Assembly: GCA_964582705.1 (NCBI GenBank)
Contig: CAZOTE010000002.1
Location: forward strand, 1 to 63,315
Direction of reading: 5' to 3'
From: an uncultured Eubacteriaceae bacterium
GTDB taxonomy: Bacteria > Bacillota > Clostridia > Eubacteriales > Alkalibacteraceae
Length of the DNA: 63,315 nucleotides
The notes beneath the pieces were generated by a model. That model was not told the origin of the DNA. It made no database searches and was given only the letters and a program-made list of their open reading frames with translations. This document shows, piece after piece, positions 40,267 through 49,933 of this stretch; within the stretch, counting starts at the first letter, position 1; every line of letters starts with the position of its first letter. The position numbers and the translations under genes were made by a program.

Positions 40267-41034
40267 TTAATCCTCATCCCTTTCTGTTTGCCAATGCAAA
40301 ACTCTATTCCCTAATATTTCTATAGCATATATTATTAAGATACTCATAATGACTATTATTAATATCGATGCAAACACCCTGTCCAGGGCGTAAGCATTTT
40401 TTGCCCTTAGCATGTACACTCCTATGCCCCGATCTCCCCCTAGCCATTCTCCAATGACTGCAGACATTATCATATATGTAGCGGCAATTTTGAGTCCGGA
40501 AAAAAAGTGTACCAACGCAAAAGGAAGCTTCAAGTGATAGAATGCCTGCAGCTTTGTAGCCTTCATTGTCTTGAACAACCTTAGGTAATCCTCATCTATG
40601 CTTTCCATTCCATGAACCAGGCTGATTACAATTGGAAAGAAGCATACGATAACCACTATAATTATTTTAGGAAGCGTGCCGAACCCGAACCATATGATAA
40701 GCAAAGGTGCAATTGCTATTATCGGAATCGTTTGAGAAATTACCAATAAAGGATATAAAGCCTTTTTTATTATTTCAAAGCTATCCATTATTATCGCTAA
40801 TATAAAAGCCAAAACTATGGAAAATCCAAAACCTACAAAAGATGCGTAAAGAGTTCTTGCCGAGTGATATCTGATAAGTTCAAAATCTCTGACAAGGGCG
40901 GAAGCTATTCTCGTAGGGGAGGGAAGAATATAACCTGGGACATTCCTGACCTGTACAATAATCTGCCATAACACAAGTGCCAACGCTATCCCGGCTATAG
41001 GGTAGAGCTTATCTGTATTTATATATTTTTTCAT
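40267..41034 (-). CDS. ABC permease, ThiX-like
   Basis: ILPSP, SQTIPIIAIAPL, FSGLKIA, AVIGEWLG. Confidence 0.87.
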   Translation of the reverse strand: MKKYINTDKLYPIAGIALALVLWQIIVQVRNVPGYILPSPTRIASALVRDFELIRYHSARTLYASFVGFGFSIVLAFILAIIMDSFEIIKKALYPLLVISQTIPIIAIAPLLIIWFGFGTLPKIIIVVIVCFFPIVISLVHGMESIDEDYLRLFKTMKATKLQAFYHLKLPFALVHFFSGLKIAATYMIMSAVIGEWLGGDRGIGVYMLRAKNAYALDRVFASILIIVIMSILIIYAIEILGNRVLHWQTERDED

Positions 41035-41296
41035 CCATTGTGACCCCGTCTTTTTTAGCATCTATTTTAATTACGGACACTACCCGCTCAGCTCCATTTT
41101 CAAAAACAATTTCTTGACATCTTTTTACTATGTCCATGAGCTGATCGTATTCTCCCTCCATGGTCGTTTCCATGGGACCAACTATATGTTTTACGCCTGT
41201 TGATTGTATGTACTCTATAGCCTTGTCCACCACATCGTATATTTCACATTCAGGTACGCCAGGCAATACTTGAAGACTAACATTTACTGTTTTCAT
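41009..41296 (-). CDS. Thiamine-binding protein (YqgV/MTH1187 family)
   Basis: SLQVLP, VGPMETTMEGE, IKID; in TPP operon. Confidence 0.87.
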   Translation of the reverse strand: MKTVNVSLQVLPGVPECEIYDVVDKAIEYIQSTGVKHIVGPMETTMEGEYDQLMDIVKRCQEIVFENGAERVVSVIKIDAKKDGVTMDEKIYKYR

Positions 41297-42058
41297 TTAG
41301 ACCTCTTCCCTTTCTTTGAAATCAATGTTTAACTTTTCATAAAAGTTTTCCTCAATGATTTCTGTCATTTCAGCCACATCTTTTTTTTTGATTTCCGCTA
41401 CTTCTTTTACTATGTTTTTTACTTCATCTGGGTATCCGTACTTCCCATTTACACATAGCAATGACCCAGGACCATCTGTTTCCGTCAAGATCTGCTTTAA
41501 AGGCACATAATCAATAAGCTCTCCGGCAGCTGGCGAAATGCCGGCATCCACGCTAATCGTAAATGAACATCCAAAATCGATCAGCTTTGTCAAAATATCT
41601 TTAGGTCCGCTGTACCAATGAATGATAGGCGGTTTGATATCAAAGGATTTAATCGATGATAGAACCTCTTTTTCAGCTCCCTTGGTATGAATGTTCGATA
41701 CTTTGCCATATTTTTTGCACCTGTCGAGCATATATTCGAAAACCTTATACTGAGCAAGATAATTCTCTTTATTTTTATCCCAGTAAAAATCTAGTCCTAT
41801 TTCTCCTATGCAGGCTGCCTCACGAATCAGCGAATCATAGTCTTCTAAAACATTCAAGTTCTCTGATGCTTTCCATGGATGTATTCCGAAAGCAGGTATC
41901 ACAAGCTCCCAATCTTTAGAAACAGCCTTTGAAAACTCATATGACTCAGCGTCCATAGAACATGCCAAAGTCAGTATTTTTTCCTTTTTTATTATATCAA
42001 GGGCGACATGAAGGTTGTCTTCAAATTGCTCCAAATGAGTGTGGGCATCGATATACAT
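41297..42058 (-). CDS. TatD family metallo-hydrolase (amidohydrolase fold)
   Basis: IDAHTH, GIHPW, IGEIGLD, IHT, IHWYSG, LTETDGP; ATG at 42058 with GGAGG RBS. Confidence 0.9.
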   Translation of the reverse strand: MYIDAHTHLEQFEDNLHVALDIIKKEKILTLACSMDAESYEFSKAVSKDWELVIPAFGIHPWKASENLNVLEDYDSLIREAACIGEIGLDFYWDKNKENYLAQYKVFEYMLDRCKKYGKVSNIHTKGAEKEVLSSIKSFDIKPPIIHWYSGPKDILTKLIDFGCSFTISVDAGISPAAGELIDYVPLKQILTETDGPGSLLCVNGKYGYPDEVKNIVKEVAEIKKKDVAEMTEIIEENFYEKLNIDFKEREEV

Positions 42059-42088
42059 TGTTCCTCCAATATGCGGCTGCTCCAATAT

Positions 42089-42116
42089 AAAAAAGCACTG
42101 TAAAACTACAGTGCTT
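42089..42116 (-). terminator. Riboswitch-controlled terminator in the TatD operon leader
   Basis: Minus strand AAGCACTGTAG-TTT-TACAGTGCTT-TTTT. Confidence 0.8.
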
Positions 42117-42134
42117 GGGCGAACGTCCATTAAA

Positions 42135-42218
42135 GCTTTCCTCCGGCAGTTTTAACCGCATCAGGTTCAAAGGGTTAAAGTTCAACTTTTCTCAGCCTTT
42201 CAGGCACCCCCAGCACAT
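42135..42218 (-). ncRNA. TPP riboswitch
   Basis: Minus strand GGGGGTGCC-TGAAA-GGCTGAGA...AACCCTTTGAACCTGATGCGGTTAAAACTGCCGGAGGAAAG. Confidence 0.9.
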
Positions 42219-42330
42219 TTCATTATTGTGTTAGAGCCAGTATATCACATGATAATCCTTTATTCAACCACCCTCGCTTATTAACTAATCTCTTAAACCT
42301 GTGTTTATTTTTGTATATTTACACATCATA

Positions 42331-42359
42331 TTGACATATCTGCGATTAAAGTCTAGAAT
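42331..42359 (+). promoter_or_regulatory. Sigma-A promoter of sulP
   Basis: TTGACA-N17-TAGAAT. Confidence 0.7.
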
Positions 42360-42426
42360 GATATTGCGTGCTAATCATAGTTTTTAAGCACGAGCTTTTA
42401 AATTAATTCCACAAGGAGATGTTTTA

Positions 42427-44115
42427 ATGTTCCGTCCAAAGCTTTTCACTTTAGTAAGCACCAAAAACCCCTCCCTAAATAAAAATCAAATAACAAAGGA
42501 TATCGTTTCAGGCATAATAGTGGCAATTATTGCTCTGCCTTTATCCATAGCGTTAGGGATCGCTTCAGGCGTAGAACCTGAAAAAGGTTTGATAACTGCT
42601 GTTATTGCAGGATTTTTGATATCTTTTTTAGGCGGCAGCCGTGTACAGATCGGCGGTCCTACAGGGGCATTTGTCATTATAGTTTACGGCATAATTTCTC
42701 AGTTTGGCATCGAGGGGCTTACTATTGCTACAATTATGGCAGGTGTTTTCATGATTCTTTTCGGACTTATGCAGTTTGGAAGCATAATCAAATATATACC
42801 CTACCCCATCACTACAGGTTTTACATCGGGAATAGCTGTAGTTTTATTTTCTACCCAAGTAAAGGATTTTTTAGGTCTTGAAATTGTCAGCGTCCCTTCT
42901 GAGTTCTTTGAAAAGTGGCACTCCTATATATCCAATATGCATACCTTAAGCCTACCTACAGTATCAGTCGGACTCTTGTCCCTGTTGATAATAGTATTAT
43001 GGCCAAAAATAAACAGGACTATCCCCGGATCCTTGATAGCTCTTCTAATTTCCACAGGTATCGTTGCCGCATTCAATCTTCCCGTCTTAACAATCGGAGA
43101 TCATTTCGGAGAAATTTCAAGCAAGATAACACTTATTGATCTTGCAGCCATAGAAATCTCTATACCAATCATTAGAAACTTGATACCGCCTGCCCTGACC
43201 ATTGCATTTCTTGCCAGCATCGAGTCACTGCTCTCAGCTGTGGTGGCAGATGGAATGATCGGCAAGAAACACAGATCAAATACGGAGTTGATAGCCCAGG
43301 GAGTCGCAAATATCGGTTCGGCCGTTTTTGGAGGCATACCGGCAACGGGAGCTATAGCCCGAACTGCAGCAAATGTGAAAAATGGCGGCAGGACGCCTAT
43401 CGCCGGAATAGTCCACGCTCTTTTTTTGCTTCTTATAATGCAGATTTTCATGCCTTTAGCAAAACTTATACCTATGACTTCATTAGGGGCTATACTTTTA
43501 GTAGTTGCTTACAACATGAGCGAGTGGCGCTCATTCAAAGGGCTTTTGCGTTCTACTAAAAGCGACGTGGCCGTTTTGCTTCTAACTTTTATCTTGACTG
43601 TGGTTTTCGACCTTATAATAGCTATCCAAATTGGCATGCTCGCTGCCATGTTTCTGTTTATCAGAAGAATGGCCGACAGTACCCAAGTTGCAAATACGGC
43701 ATCAATGTATAAAAATATACTTGACGATGAAGATGACGAAGATATGGAAACGGACAGTATTTCCCACGATTATCTAGGATCTAAAATATTGGTCTACGAC
43801 ATCAACGGTCCGTTATTTTTTGGCGCAGCAAACACCTTCTTGGATATCTTAAACGAATTGAAGACCCATACTGAATTTTTAATACTTAAAATGGACAACG
43901 TCCCTAACATGGATGCCACTGCTTTGGATGCACTTAAAAGAATACACAAAAGATGCGTTAAGCAAAAGACCGCCTTATATTATTGCGGAGTCAATGAACA
44001 GCCCCTTAAGATTTTAAGGGTTTCAGGCTATATCGATGATGTAGGTGAATACAATTTCTTCGATGACGTCAAAGATGCTGTTAAATCCGCTGCAGTGAAA
44101 GTTTCAAAATTATAA
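42427..44115 (+). CDS. SulP/SLC26 anion transporter with STAS domain
   Basis: GGSRVQIGGPTGAF, IESLLSAVVAD, ATGAIARTA, GPLFFGAA, MDATAL. Confidence 0.93.
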   Translation: MFRPKLFTLVSTKNPSLNKNQITKDIVSGIIVAIIALPLSIALGIASGVEPEKGLITAVIAGFLISFLGGSRVQIGGPTGAFVIIVYGIISQFGIEGLTIATIMAGVFMILFGLMQFGSIIKYIPYPITTGFTSGIAVVLFSTQVKDFLGLEIVSVPSEFFEKWHSYISNMHTLSLPTVSVGLLSLLIIVLWPKINRTIPGSLIALLISTGIVAAFNLPVLTIGDHFGEISSKITLIDLAAIEISIPIIRNLIPPALTIAFLASIESLLSAVVADGMIGKKHRSNTELIAQGVANIGSAVFGGIPATGAIARTAANVKNGGRTPIAGIVHALFLLLIMQIFMPLAKLIPMTSLGAILLVVAYNMSEWRSFKGLLRSTKSDVAVLLLTFILTVVFDLIIAIQIGMLAAMFLFIRRMADSTQVANTASMYKNILDDEDDEDMETDSISHDYLGSKILVYDINGPLFFGAANTFLDILNELKTHTEFLILKMDNVPNMDATALDALKRIHKRCVKQKTALYYCGVNEQPLKILRVSGYIDDVGEYNFFDDVKDAVKSAAVKVSKL

Positions 44116-44126
44116 ACCAACTCCTT

Positions 44127-44159
44127 AAATCACCTTGGAATGAATTCAAGGTGATTTTT
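44127..44159 (+). terminator. Intrinsic terminator after sulP
   Basis: AAATCACCTTG...CAAGGTGATTTTT. Confidence 0.8.
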
Positions 44160-44204
44160 GATTTCATTTAATCTAGTAGAAATACACATATAGATCATAT
44201 GCTA

Positions 44205-44268
44205 TTGACAATAAATAGCGTGAGTAATATAATGTGACTAACAAGTCACATGACCAGTTGGACACATT
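44205..44268 (+). promoter_or_regulatory. Consensus sigma-A promoter overlapped by palindromic operator
   Basis: TTGACA(44205)-N17-TATAAT(44228); ATGTGACT-AACA-AGTCACAT at 44232-44251 plus a degenerate second dyad. Confidence 0.75.
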
Positions 44269-44289
44269 AGATTCTGAGGAGGAATTTCT

Positions 44290-45144
44290 ATGATAAGAGT
44301 TAAAAATCTATACCATTCCTATGAAAAAAACGACGTCTATGCTGTAAAGGATGTTAGTTTCGAAGTTGAAAAAGGCGAAGTGTTTGGTTTTTTAGGCCCA
44401 TCCGGGGCAGGCAAGTCTACTACCCAGGGCATCTTGACCGGTCTTCTCCCTTTGCAAAAGGGTGAAGCGACGGTAGCGGGCTGCGACATGCACAAACCCC
44501 AGAGAGGCATGTTCAATAAAATAGGCGTCTCTTTTGAGCAGTCCAATGTTTACGGCAAGCTGACAGCTTTGGAAAACTTAAGATTCTATCAAAAACTCTT
44601 CGATGTAAAAACTGAAGACCCAATGAAGCTATTAGAGATAGCTGGTTTGGATCATGTGGCAAACAAAAAAGCAGGTGAATTTTCAAAAGGAATGAAGCAC
44701 CGACTTACCTTCGTAAGAAGCATGCTCAACAATCCGGAATTGTGGTTCTTGGATGAGCCTACAACAGGATTGGATCCCGCAATTGCAAGTAAGATAAAAG
44801 ATATAATAAAAGAGCAGAATTCAAAGGGAACAACCGTTTTTTTGACAACCCATAACATGTTCGTGGCAGATGAACTTTGTCATAGAGTTGCTTTCATAAT
44901 CGACGGGGTCATAAAACTCATCGATTCCCCCAGAAATCTTAAGCTCAAATACGGTGAAAAAATGGTGGCTGTAGACCATGTTGAAGAAGGTAAAACCGTA
45001 AAGGAGCAATTATCCCTCTTGCTGCCAGATGACAAGGAAAGACTAAGTCATATAATCAAAAATGGCAAGATTGAGATGATGCATACAAAGGAGGCTACTC
45101 TAGAGGAAATTTTCATAAAAGTAACCGGGAGGGGGCTGCAATAA
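44290..45144 (+). CDS. ABC exporter ATP-binding protein (Rv2688c-like)
   Basis: GPSGAGKSTTQ, FSKGMK, LDEPTTGLDP, TTHNM. Confidence 0.88.
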   Translation: MIRVKNLYHSYEKNDVYAVKDVSFEVEKGEVFGFLGPSGAGKSTTQGILTGLLPLQKGEATVAGCDMHKPQRGMFNKIGVSFEQSNVYGKLTALENLRFYQKLFDVKTEDPMKLLEIAGLDHVANKKAGEFSKGMKHRLTFVRSMLNNPELWFLDEPTTGLDPAIASKIKDIIKEQNSKGTTVFLTTHNMFVADELCHRVAFIIDGVIKLIDSPRNLKLKYGEKMVAVDHVEEGKTVKEQLSLLLPDDKERLSHIIKNGKIEMMHTKEATLEEIFIKVTGRGLQ

Positions 45145-45145
45145 T

Positions 45146-46177
45146 ATGAAAAAGCTCTTCACCACTTTTCTAAAGGACGCAAAACTTTCATTCAATGGCC
45201 TTTACTTTTATATCGAGATTGGAATGGCCGTCATTTTCATAGCCGTGATGCTGTTTGTGGTACCCGAAAACTTCGATCAGTCTCAAAAGCTTTTCGCATA
45301 CATCAACTTGGATGAGCCAGCTAAATCTCAGATCATGGAGCTTGTTGAATCTGAATCTATCGAGATTTTATCCGAAAGATCCCAGGTGGAAGAAGCGCTG
45401 TCTAAAGACCGGTCAGCTGTAGGGGTAGAAATAAAAACAGACGGCTACGTACTAACATACGACCTTATCCTTCAAGGCTATGAAAGCGAAAACATGAAGT
45501 CAATGCTAAAAGCTTCGATAGAAGGAGAATTTTTGTCTCAAATACCTGGATTTACTTCTGCAGTCAGCACCAGTACATTGGAAGAAAACCCTCAAAGGCT
45601 TTCAGATAGGGTCAATGTCCTTCCAATATATCTTACTATCAATGTGGGAATGATGGGACTCTTCATAATAGCAGCATATATATTTTTAGACAAGGACGAA
45701 GGCGTCATCAAAGCCTACGCCGTAGCACCTGTGAAACTGTGGCAATATCTGGCAAGTAAAATGTTAATCATGTTGATGATGGGACTTGCAACATCAATAA
45801 TGACAGTTTTAGCTATTGCGGGAACAGGTGTCAATTTTCTCCATTTGTTTTTGCTGGTGGTCTCATTCAATCTATTTGGCTCTGCCCTGGGACTCTTAAT
45901 TTCAAGTTTCTTTGACACCATGGTAAAAGCCATGGGGGGACTATATGCAGGCATGATGTTGCTGGTTTTGCCGGTTGTTTCGTACTTCATGCCATCATTC
46001 AACCCATTGTGGATAAGGGTTTTTCCCTCTTATCCCATGATGTTTTCTTTCAGAGAATTGCTCCTTGAGGGCGGAAACACTAGATATATTTACACTCAAG
46101 CTGGATTATTTTTGGTATTGGGGTTAATCGTATTCGTTGCTGCAAACATAAGATTCAAAAAAACATTGACGGTTTAG
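45146..46177 (+). CDS. ABC-2 type exporter permease
   Basis: DKDEGVIKAYAVAP, YLASK; multi-TM. Confidence 0.82.
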   Translation: MKKLFTTFLKDAKLSFNGLYFYIEIGMAVIFIAVMLFVVPENFDQSQKLFAYINLDEPAKSQIMELVESESIEILSERSQVEEALSKDRSAVGVEIKTDGYVLTYDLILQGYESENMKSMLKASIEGEFLSQIPGFTSAVSTSTLEENPQRLSDRVNVLPIYLTINVGMMGLFIIAAYIFLDKDEGVIKAYAVAPVKLWQYLASKMLIMLMMGLATSIMTVLAIAGTGVNFLHLFLLVVSFNLFGSALGLLISSFFDTMVKAMGGLYAGMMLLVLPVVSYFMPSFNPLWIRVFPSYPMMFSFRELLLEGGNTRYIYTQAGLFLVLGLIVFVAANIRFKKTLTV

Positions 46178-46188
46178 GGGGTGCACTT

Positions 46189-47190
46189 ATGAAAAAAATA
46201 CTAGCAATAGTTGGAAGAGATATAAAAAACGGCACCAGGGATTGGCTGATTATATATCTCACCATAGCTCCTATACTTTTCGCCTTTATCATCAGGGCTT
46301 TGATACCGAGCGTAAGCTCATCAGGGCTCAATGTAGTCTTAATGGAAGGCGCAGACAATGCGTTGACAGAACATCTGTCAACCTTCGCCACTGTTGAGTA
46401 CGCATCAGACATGGAAAAAATGGAAGAGAGAATCCTTAGGATGGACGATGTGTTCGGTGTAATCCCAGACAGCAACGGAATAGAAATACTAAAGCAAGGC
46501 AATGAAACTGGTAACATGGATATCGTCTTAGCTAGCATTTTGGATAAATACGCTCAGACTGACCTTCCCGATGCTCCAGTTATCGTTGAGTTTTCTGATG
46601 TAGGATGGGAAATGTCTCCATTGAAGCAGCAAGGTGGCAACATAATAATAATATTTACCGCCATTCTTGGCGGGATGCTTATTTTATTAAATCTTGTTGA
46701 AGAAAAAATGAGCAACACTATAAGCGCAATCAACGTCACCTCTGCAACGAGGCTCGAATTTGTCGTTGGCAAAGGATTGCTTGGCTTTATTCTACCGATA
46801 GTGGGTTCTATTTGCGTAGTTCTGATTTTGGGATTTGAGTCAATCAACTATCCCATGCTCATTGTGAGCCTTGTTGGAATAGCTTTGATAAGCATAATCA
46901 TAGGCTTTAGCATCGGGGTGGTCAACGACGAACCCATTGCAGCAATTGCCAGCATGAAAGTAACTTTTATTCCTGTATTGGCTTCTGTATTCGGTTATAT
47001 GTATCTTCCGGACAGGTGGCAATTCGTGCTGTACTGGTCGCCTTTTTACTGGGCTTATGACAGCATAAACGATATCTTGATGCAGGATGCAATTTGGACT
47101 CAAATAGCGAGAAACAGCACAATCATACTTGTCATAACGGCGGCAGTATTTGCTCTTCTGAAAAAACGCATCGAACAGGGATTAAATTAA
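46189..47190 (+). CDS. ABC-2 type exporter permease
   Basis: VEEKMSNTISAINVT, WSPFYW; multi-TM. Confidence 0.82.
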   Translation: MKKILAIVGRDIKNGTRDWLIIYLTIAPILFAFIIRALIPSVSSSGLNVVLMEGADNALTEHLSTFATVEYASDMEKMEERILRMDDVFGVIPDSNGIEILKQGNETGNMDIVLASILDKYAQTDLPDAPVIVEFSDVGWEMSPLKQQGGNIIIIFTAILGGMLILLNLVEEKMSNTISAINVTSATRLEFVVGKGLLGFILPIVGSICVVLILGFESINYPMLIVSLVGIALISIIIGFSIGVVNDEPIAAIASMKVTFIPVLASVFGYMYLPDRWQFVLYWSPFYWAYDSINDILMQDAIWTQIARNSTIILVITAAVFALLKKRIEQGLN

Positions 47191-47205
47191 AGGGAGGTAT
47201 ACCTT

Positions 47206-47412
47206 ATGAACGGACTAGCTCTGCTTGGCATTATACTAGTTGTTTACTCATTTGCTGTAGTTGGAATCACTGTTAAAAAACCGCCGGCAATATGGAATAT
47301 GGCGAAAATCAAGTTTTTCATCAAACTCTTCGGAGAAAAAGGTACGGTGATCTTCTTTTATGTATTCGCAGCTATTGCCCTGGTCATCGGCATCTGGTTG
47401 CTTACCATCTAA
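47206..47412 (+). CDS. Small two-TM membrane protein
   Basis: GGAGG RBS, last gene before terminator. Confidence 0.75.
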   Translation: MNGLALLGIILVVYSFAVVGITVKKPPAIWNMAKIKFFIKLFGEKGTVIFFYVFAAIALVIGIWLLTI

Positions 47413-47423
47413 AGCTGCAAACG

Positions 47424-47461
47424 GTTAAAGAAGCGGAATACTCTCCGCTTCTTTAACTTTG
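47424..47461 (+). terminator. Intrinsic terminator of ABC exporter operon
   Basis: GTTAAAGAAGCGGA...TCCGCTTCTTTAAC-TTT. Confidence 0.8.
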
Positions 47462-47511
47462 TATCAAATGTGTTATAATTGATAGTAATTTATAAATAAA
47501 GGAACATACCA

Positions 47512-48471
47512 ATGAATATAAAAGGATTCTTTACGAAAAAACAAAACATAATTCTTATTGCTGTGCTATGCACTTTTCTTTGGGGAAGTGCCTACCCTGG
47601 TATAAAAATCGGATACGAGATGTTTTCTATCCCCACGGAAGATTTGTACGGAAAAATGGCCTTCGCCGGTTACAGGTTCACGCTTTCAGGAATTTTGGTC
47701 TTGACTCTCAACTTTATGCTGTTTAGATCAATCAAGCTACCATCAAAGTCCGATGTACCCAAAGTTTTTCTACTAGGTGTTTTGCTTACCGGCATTCACT
47801 ATACTCTTTTTTATATCGGTCTAAGTAATACTACTGGAGTAAACGGCGCGATACTCAATTCTACCGGTGCTTTTTTCTCGGTAATCTTAGCCCATTATAT
47901 TTACTCCCAAGACAAGCTGACCCTATCAAAAACCTTGGGCTGCATAATTGGTTTTACAGGGGTCGCCGTAGTCAGCCTCAGCGGCGGCACCATCAATATC
48001 GATATAAATTTTTTTGGGGATGGTTTTATAGTTCTTGCTGCTTTTGTGAGTTCAGTTGGCTTTATTTACAGCAAGAGTTTAAGCAAAAGAATAAATACCA
48101 TAGCCTTAACAGGTTTTCAGCTTTTATTTGGCGGTGGAATGTTGATTTTGATTTCAATCCTTAACGGGGCACGATTATCAGGCTTTACTCTGGAGTCGAC
48201 ATTACTTTTGATTTACATGGCTTTTTTAACTGCCGCCGCCTTTACCCTGTGGACTACGCTTTTTAAATACAACAAGGTTGGGCAGATCAGCGTATATAAA
48301 TTCCTTATTCCCGTTTTTGGCACGGTATTATCAGGACTTTTTTTGGGAGAGCAGTTTTTAAGTTTCAAAAATCTAATTGCCCTAGCCCTAGTCAGCATGG
48401 GAATCTACTTAGTAAATAGTCCCGCAGCTGTCGTATTCCTTAAAGATTTGCAAAAACAACATCAAAACTAG
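47512..48471 (+). CDS. DMT/EamA family transporter
   Basis: LWGSAYPGIK, FAGYRF, duplicated 5-TM repeat, LFLGE. Confidence 0.9.
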   Translation: MNIKGFFTKKQNIILIAVLCTFLWGSAYPGIKIGYEMFSIPTEDLYGKMAFAGYRFTLSGILVLTLNFMLFRSIKLPSKSDVPKVFLLGVLLTGIHYTLFYIGLSNTTGVNGAILNSTGAFFSVILAHYIYSQDKLTLSKTLGCIIGFTGVAVVSLSGGTINIDINFFGDGFIVLAAFVSSVGFIYSKSLSKRINTIALTGFQLLFGGGMLILISILNGARLSGFTLESTLLLIYMAFLTAAAFTLWTTLFKYNKVGQISVYKFLIPVFGTVLSGLFLGEQFLSFKNLIALALVSMGIYLVNSPAAVVFLKDLQKQHQN

Positions 48472-48499
48472 GATACCGAAACCTTATGGTATCCTAGTT
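48466..48499. terminator. Hairpin between convergent DMT gene and scrB
   Basis: AACTAGGATACC...GGTATCCTAGTT. Confidence 0.7.
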
Positions 48500-48520
48500 C
48501 TTCACTTCATGATCTTTATC

Positions 48521-49933
48521 CTAAAAATTTATGGATTTTTTCATGTCACTTTTTTCACCTTTTGCCATTTCAACAGCTCCCCCATTTGCAAATAATCCAA
48601 AACATATTCCTTCTTTACTTGGGAAAATCCTGGCAGTAAAAACTTCTTCTCCTCCGTTTACGAATACTTCAACTGAAGACGTGTCCAGATATATATCCAG
48701 TTCAACAGAGTCTGCTGACTTTAACTGAGCTCTTCTTATTCCACTGCCCCAAAGACCGCTCTTTTCTCTGTTTAGCTCTATTTTATTCGTGTCAGAATTG
48801 ACCTTGATCATGGTGTTTTCCTGCAAATCATCAGAAGCCTTCAAATAAACCCCAAATTCTTTTGCTCCTTTATTTTTTAGCAGCATTTTAATGTTGACGC
48901 TTTCTCCGGCGAATTCAGGGATCTTTATATGACCCTCTCTAATTTCCATAGGGTCTGATTCAACCTTGTTTTCCTTAAGACGCTCTATCTCTCCCACCGG
49001 CTTTTGAATCAGCATTCCTCGGGATATGTCCAGCTCTCTGGGCATAGTCATACAATGAACCCAGTTGTCTTCTACGCTGGGATGATCTTCTTCTTCCGGC
49101 ATCCCCATCCAAGCATAAAGGATTATTCTGCCATCAGGCAGAGATACTGTCTGGGGCGCGTAGAATTCAAATCCTCTATCCAATTCCACAAAATCACCGG
49201 AGTCGAATTTGCCATTTTCCAAATTCATGTTCCCAATCATATAACCGCATTGGTACCTATTGTTATAAAGATCTCCCTCAGGCTCAAGACCCTGGGGACA
49301 AAATATCAGCACATCATATCCATCAAGTTTAAACAGATCCGGACATTCCCACATGTACCCCAATTTTTTATCCGATATTTCCCCCTTGAATTCCCAGTCA
49401 AGCATGTTGGTCGAGGTATATAGAACAACTGTACCAGTATGATTTTCTCTCTGAGCTCCAATGACCATAAACCCATTTCCGTTCTCATCCAACCACACTT
49501 TAGGATCCCTGTAATGGGGAGTATATCCCTTAGGGGTACCGTCAATCAATGGATTTTGATCATATTTTTCAAACTCAAATCCATCAGATGATATCGCCAG
49601 ACACTGGTATGCACTTCTAATGTTGTTTTCATCCTTTACGTTTCCAGTATAAAAAGCATAAAGCTTATCATTATATTTAATAGCCGAACCGGAATAGCAT
49701 CCGTTTTTGTCATACCAGTCCACCGGGGCAAGCACTGCCTTGCCATGATTCCAATTAATCATGTCATCACTTGAAAAATGGCCCCAGTGGATTTGTTTTT
49801 CCCCTGGAAAATTCGTGTTCCACTGATAAAATACATGGTAGACGCCCTTATAAAAGGAAACCCCGTTCGGATCGTTCATAAAGCCATATGGAGGGCTTAA
49901 ATGATATCTTTGCCTATATCTGTCTCTACGCAT
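48521..49933 (-). CDS. scrB: Sucrose-6-phosphate hydrolase, GH32
   Basis: MNDPNG, YSGSA, RDP, WECPD, FYAPQ. Confidence 0.93.
   Translation of the reverse strand: MRRDRYRQRYHLSPPYGFMNDPNGVSFYKGVYHVFYQWNTNFPGEKQIHWGHFSSDDMINWNHGKAVLAPVDWYDKNGCYSGSAIKYNDKLYAFYTGNVKDENNIRSAYQCLAISSDGFEFEKYDQNPLIDGTPKGYTPHYRDPKVWLDENGNGFMVIGAQRENHTGTVVLYTSTNMLDWEFKGEISDKKLGYMWECPDLFKLDGYDVLIFCPQGLEPEGDLYNNRYQCGYMIGNMNLENGKFDSGDFVELDRGFEFYAPQTVSLPDGRIILYAWMGMPEEEDHPSVEDNWVHCMTMPRELDISRGMLIQKPVGEIERLKENKVESDPMEIREGHIKIPEFAGESVNIKMLLKNKGAKEFGVYLKASDDLQENTMIKVNSDTNKIELNREKSGLWGSGIRRAQLKSADSVELDIYLDTSSVEVFVNGGEEVFTARIFPSKEGICFGLFANGGAVEMAKGEKSDMKKSINF

Noticed and set aside
41297-42058. TatD as part of the Tat export cassette
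   Set aside because: Name coincidence: TatD has no role in Tat transport, lies about 26 kb away and is under a TPP riboswitch
42059-42130. N-terminal extension of TatD in the ORF track
   Set aside because: Runs through the riboswitch terminator; the ATG at 42058 has a GGAGG RBS and begins the family motif
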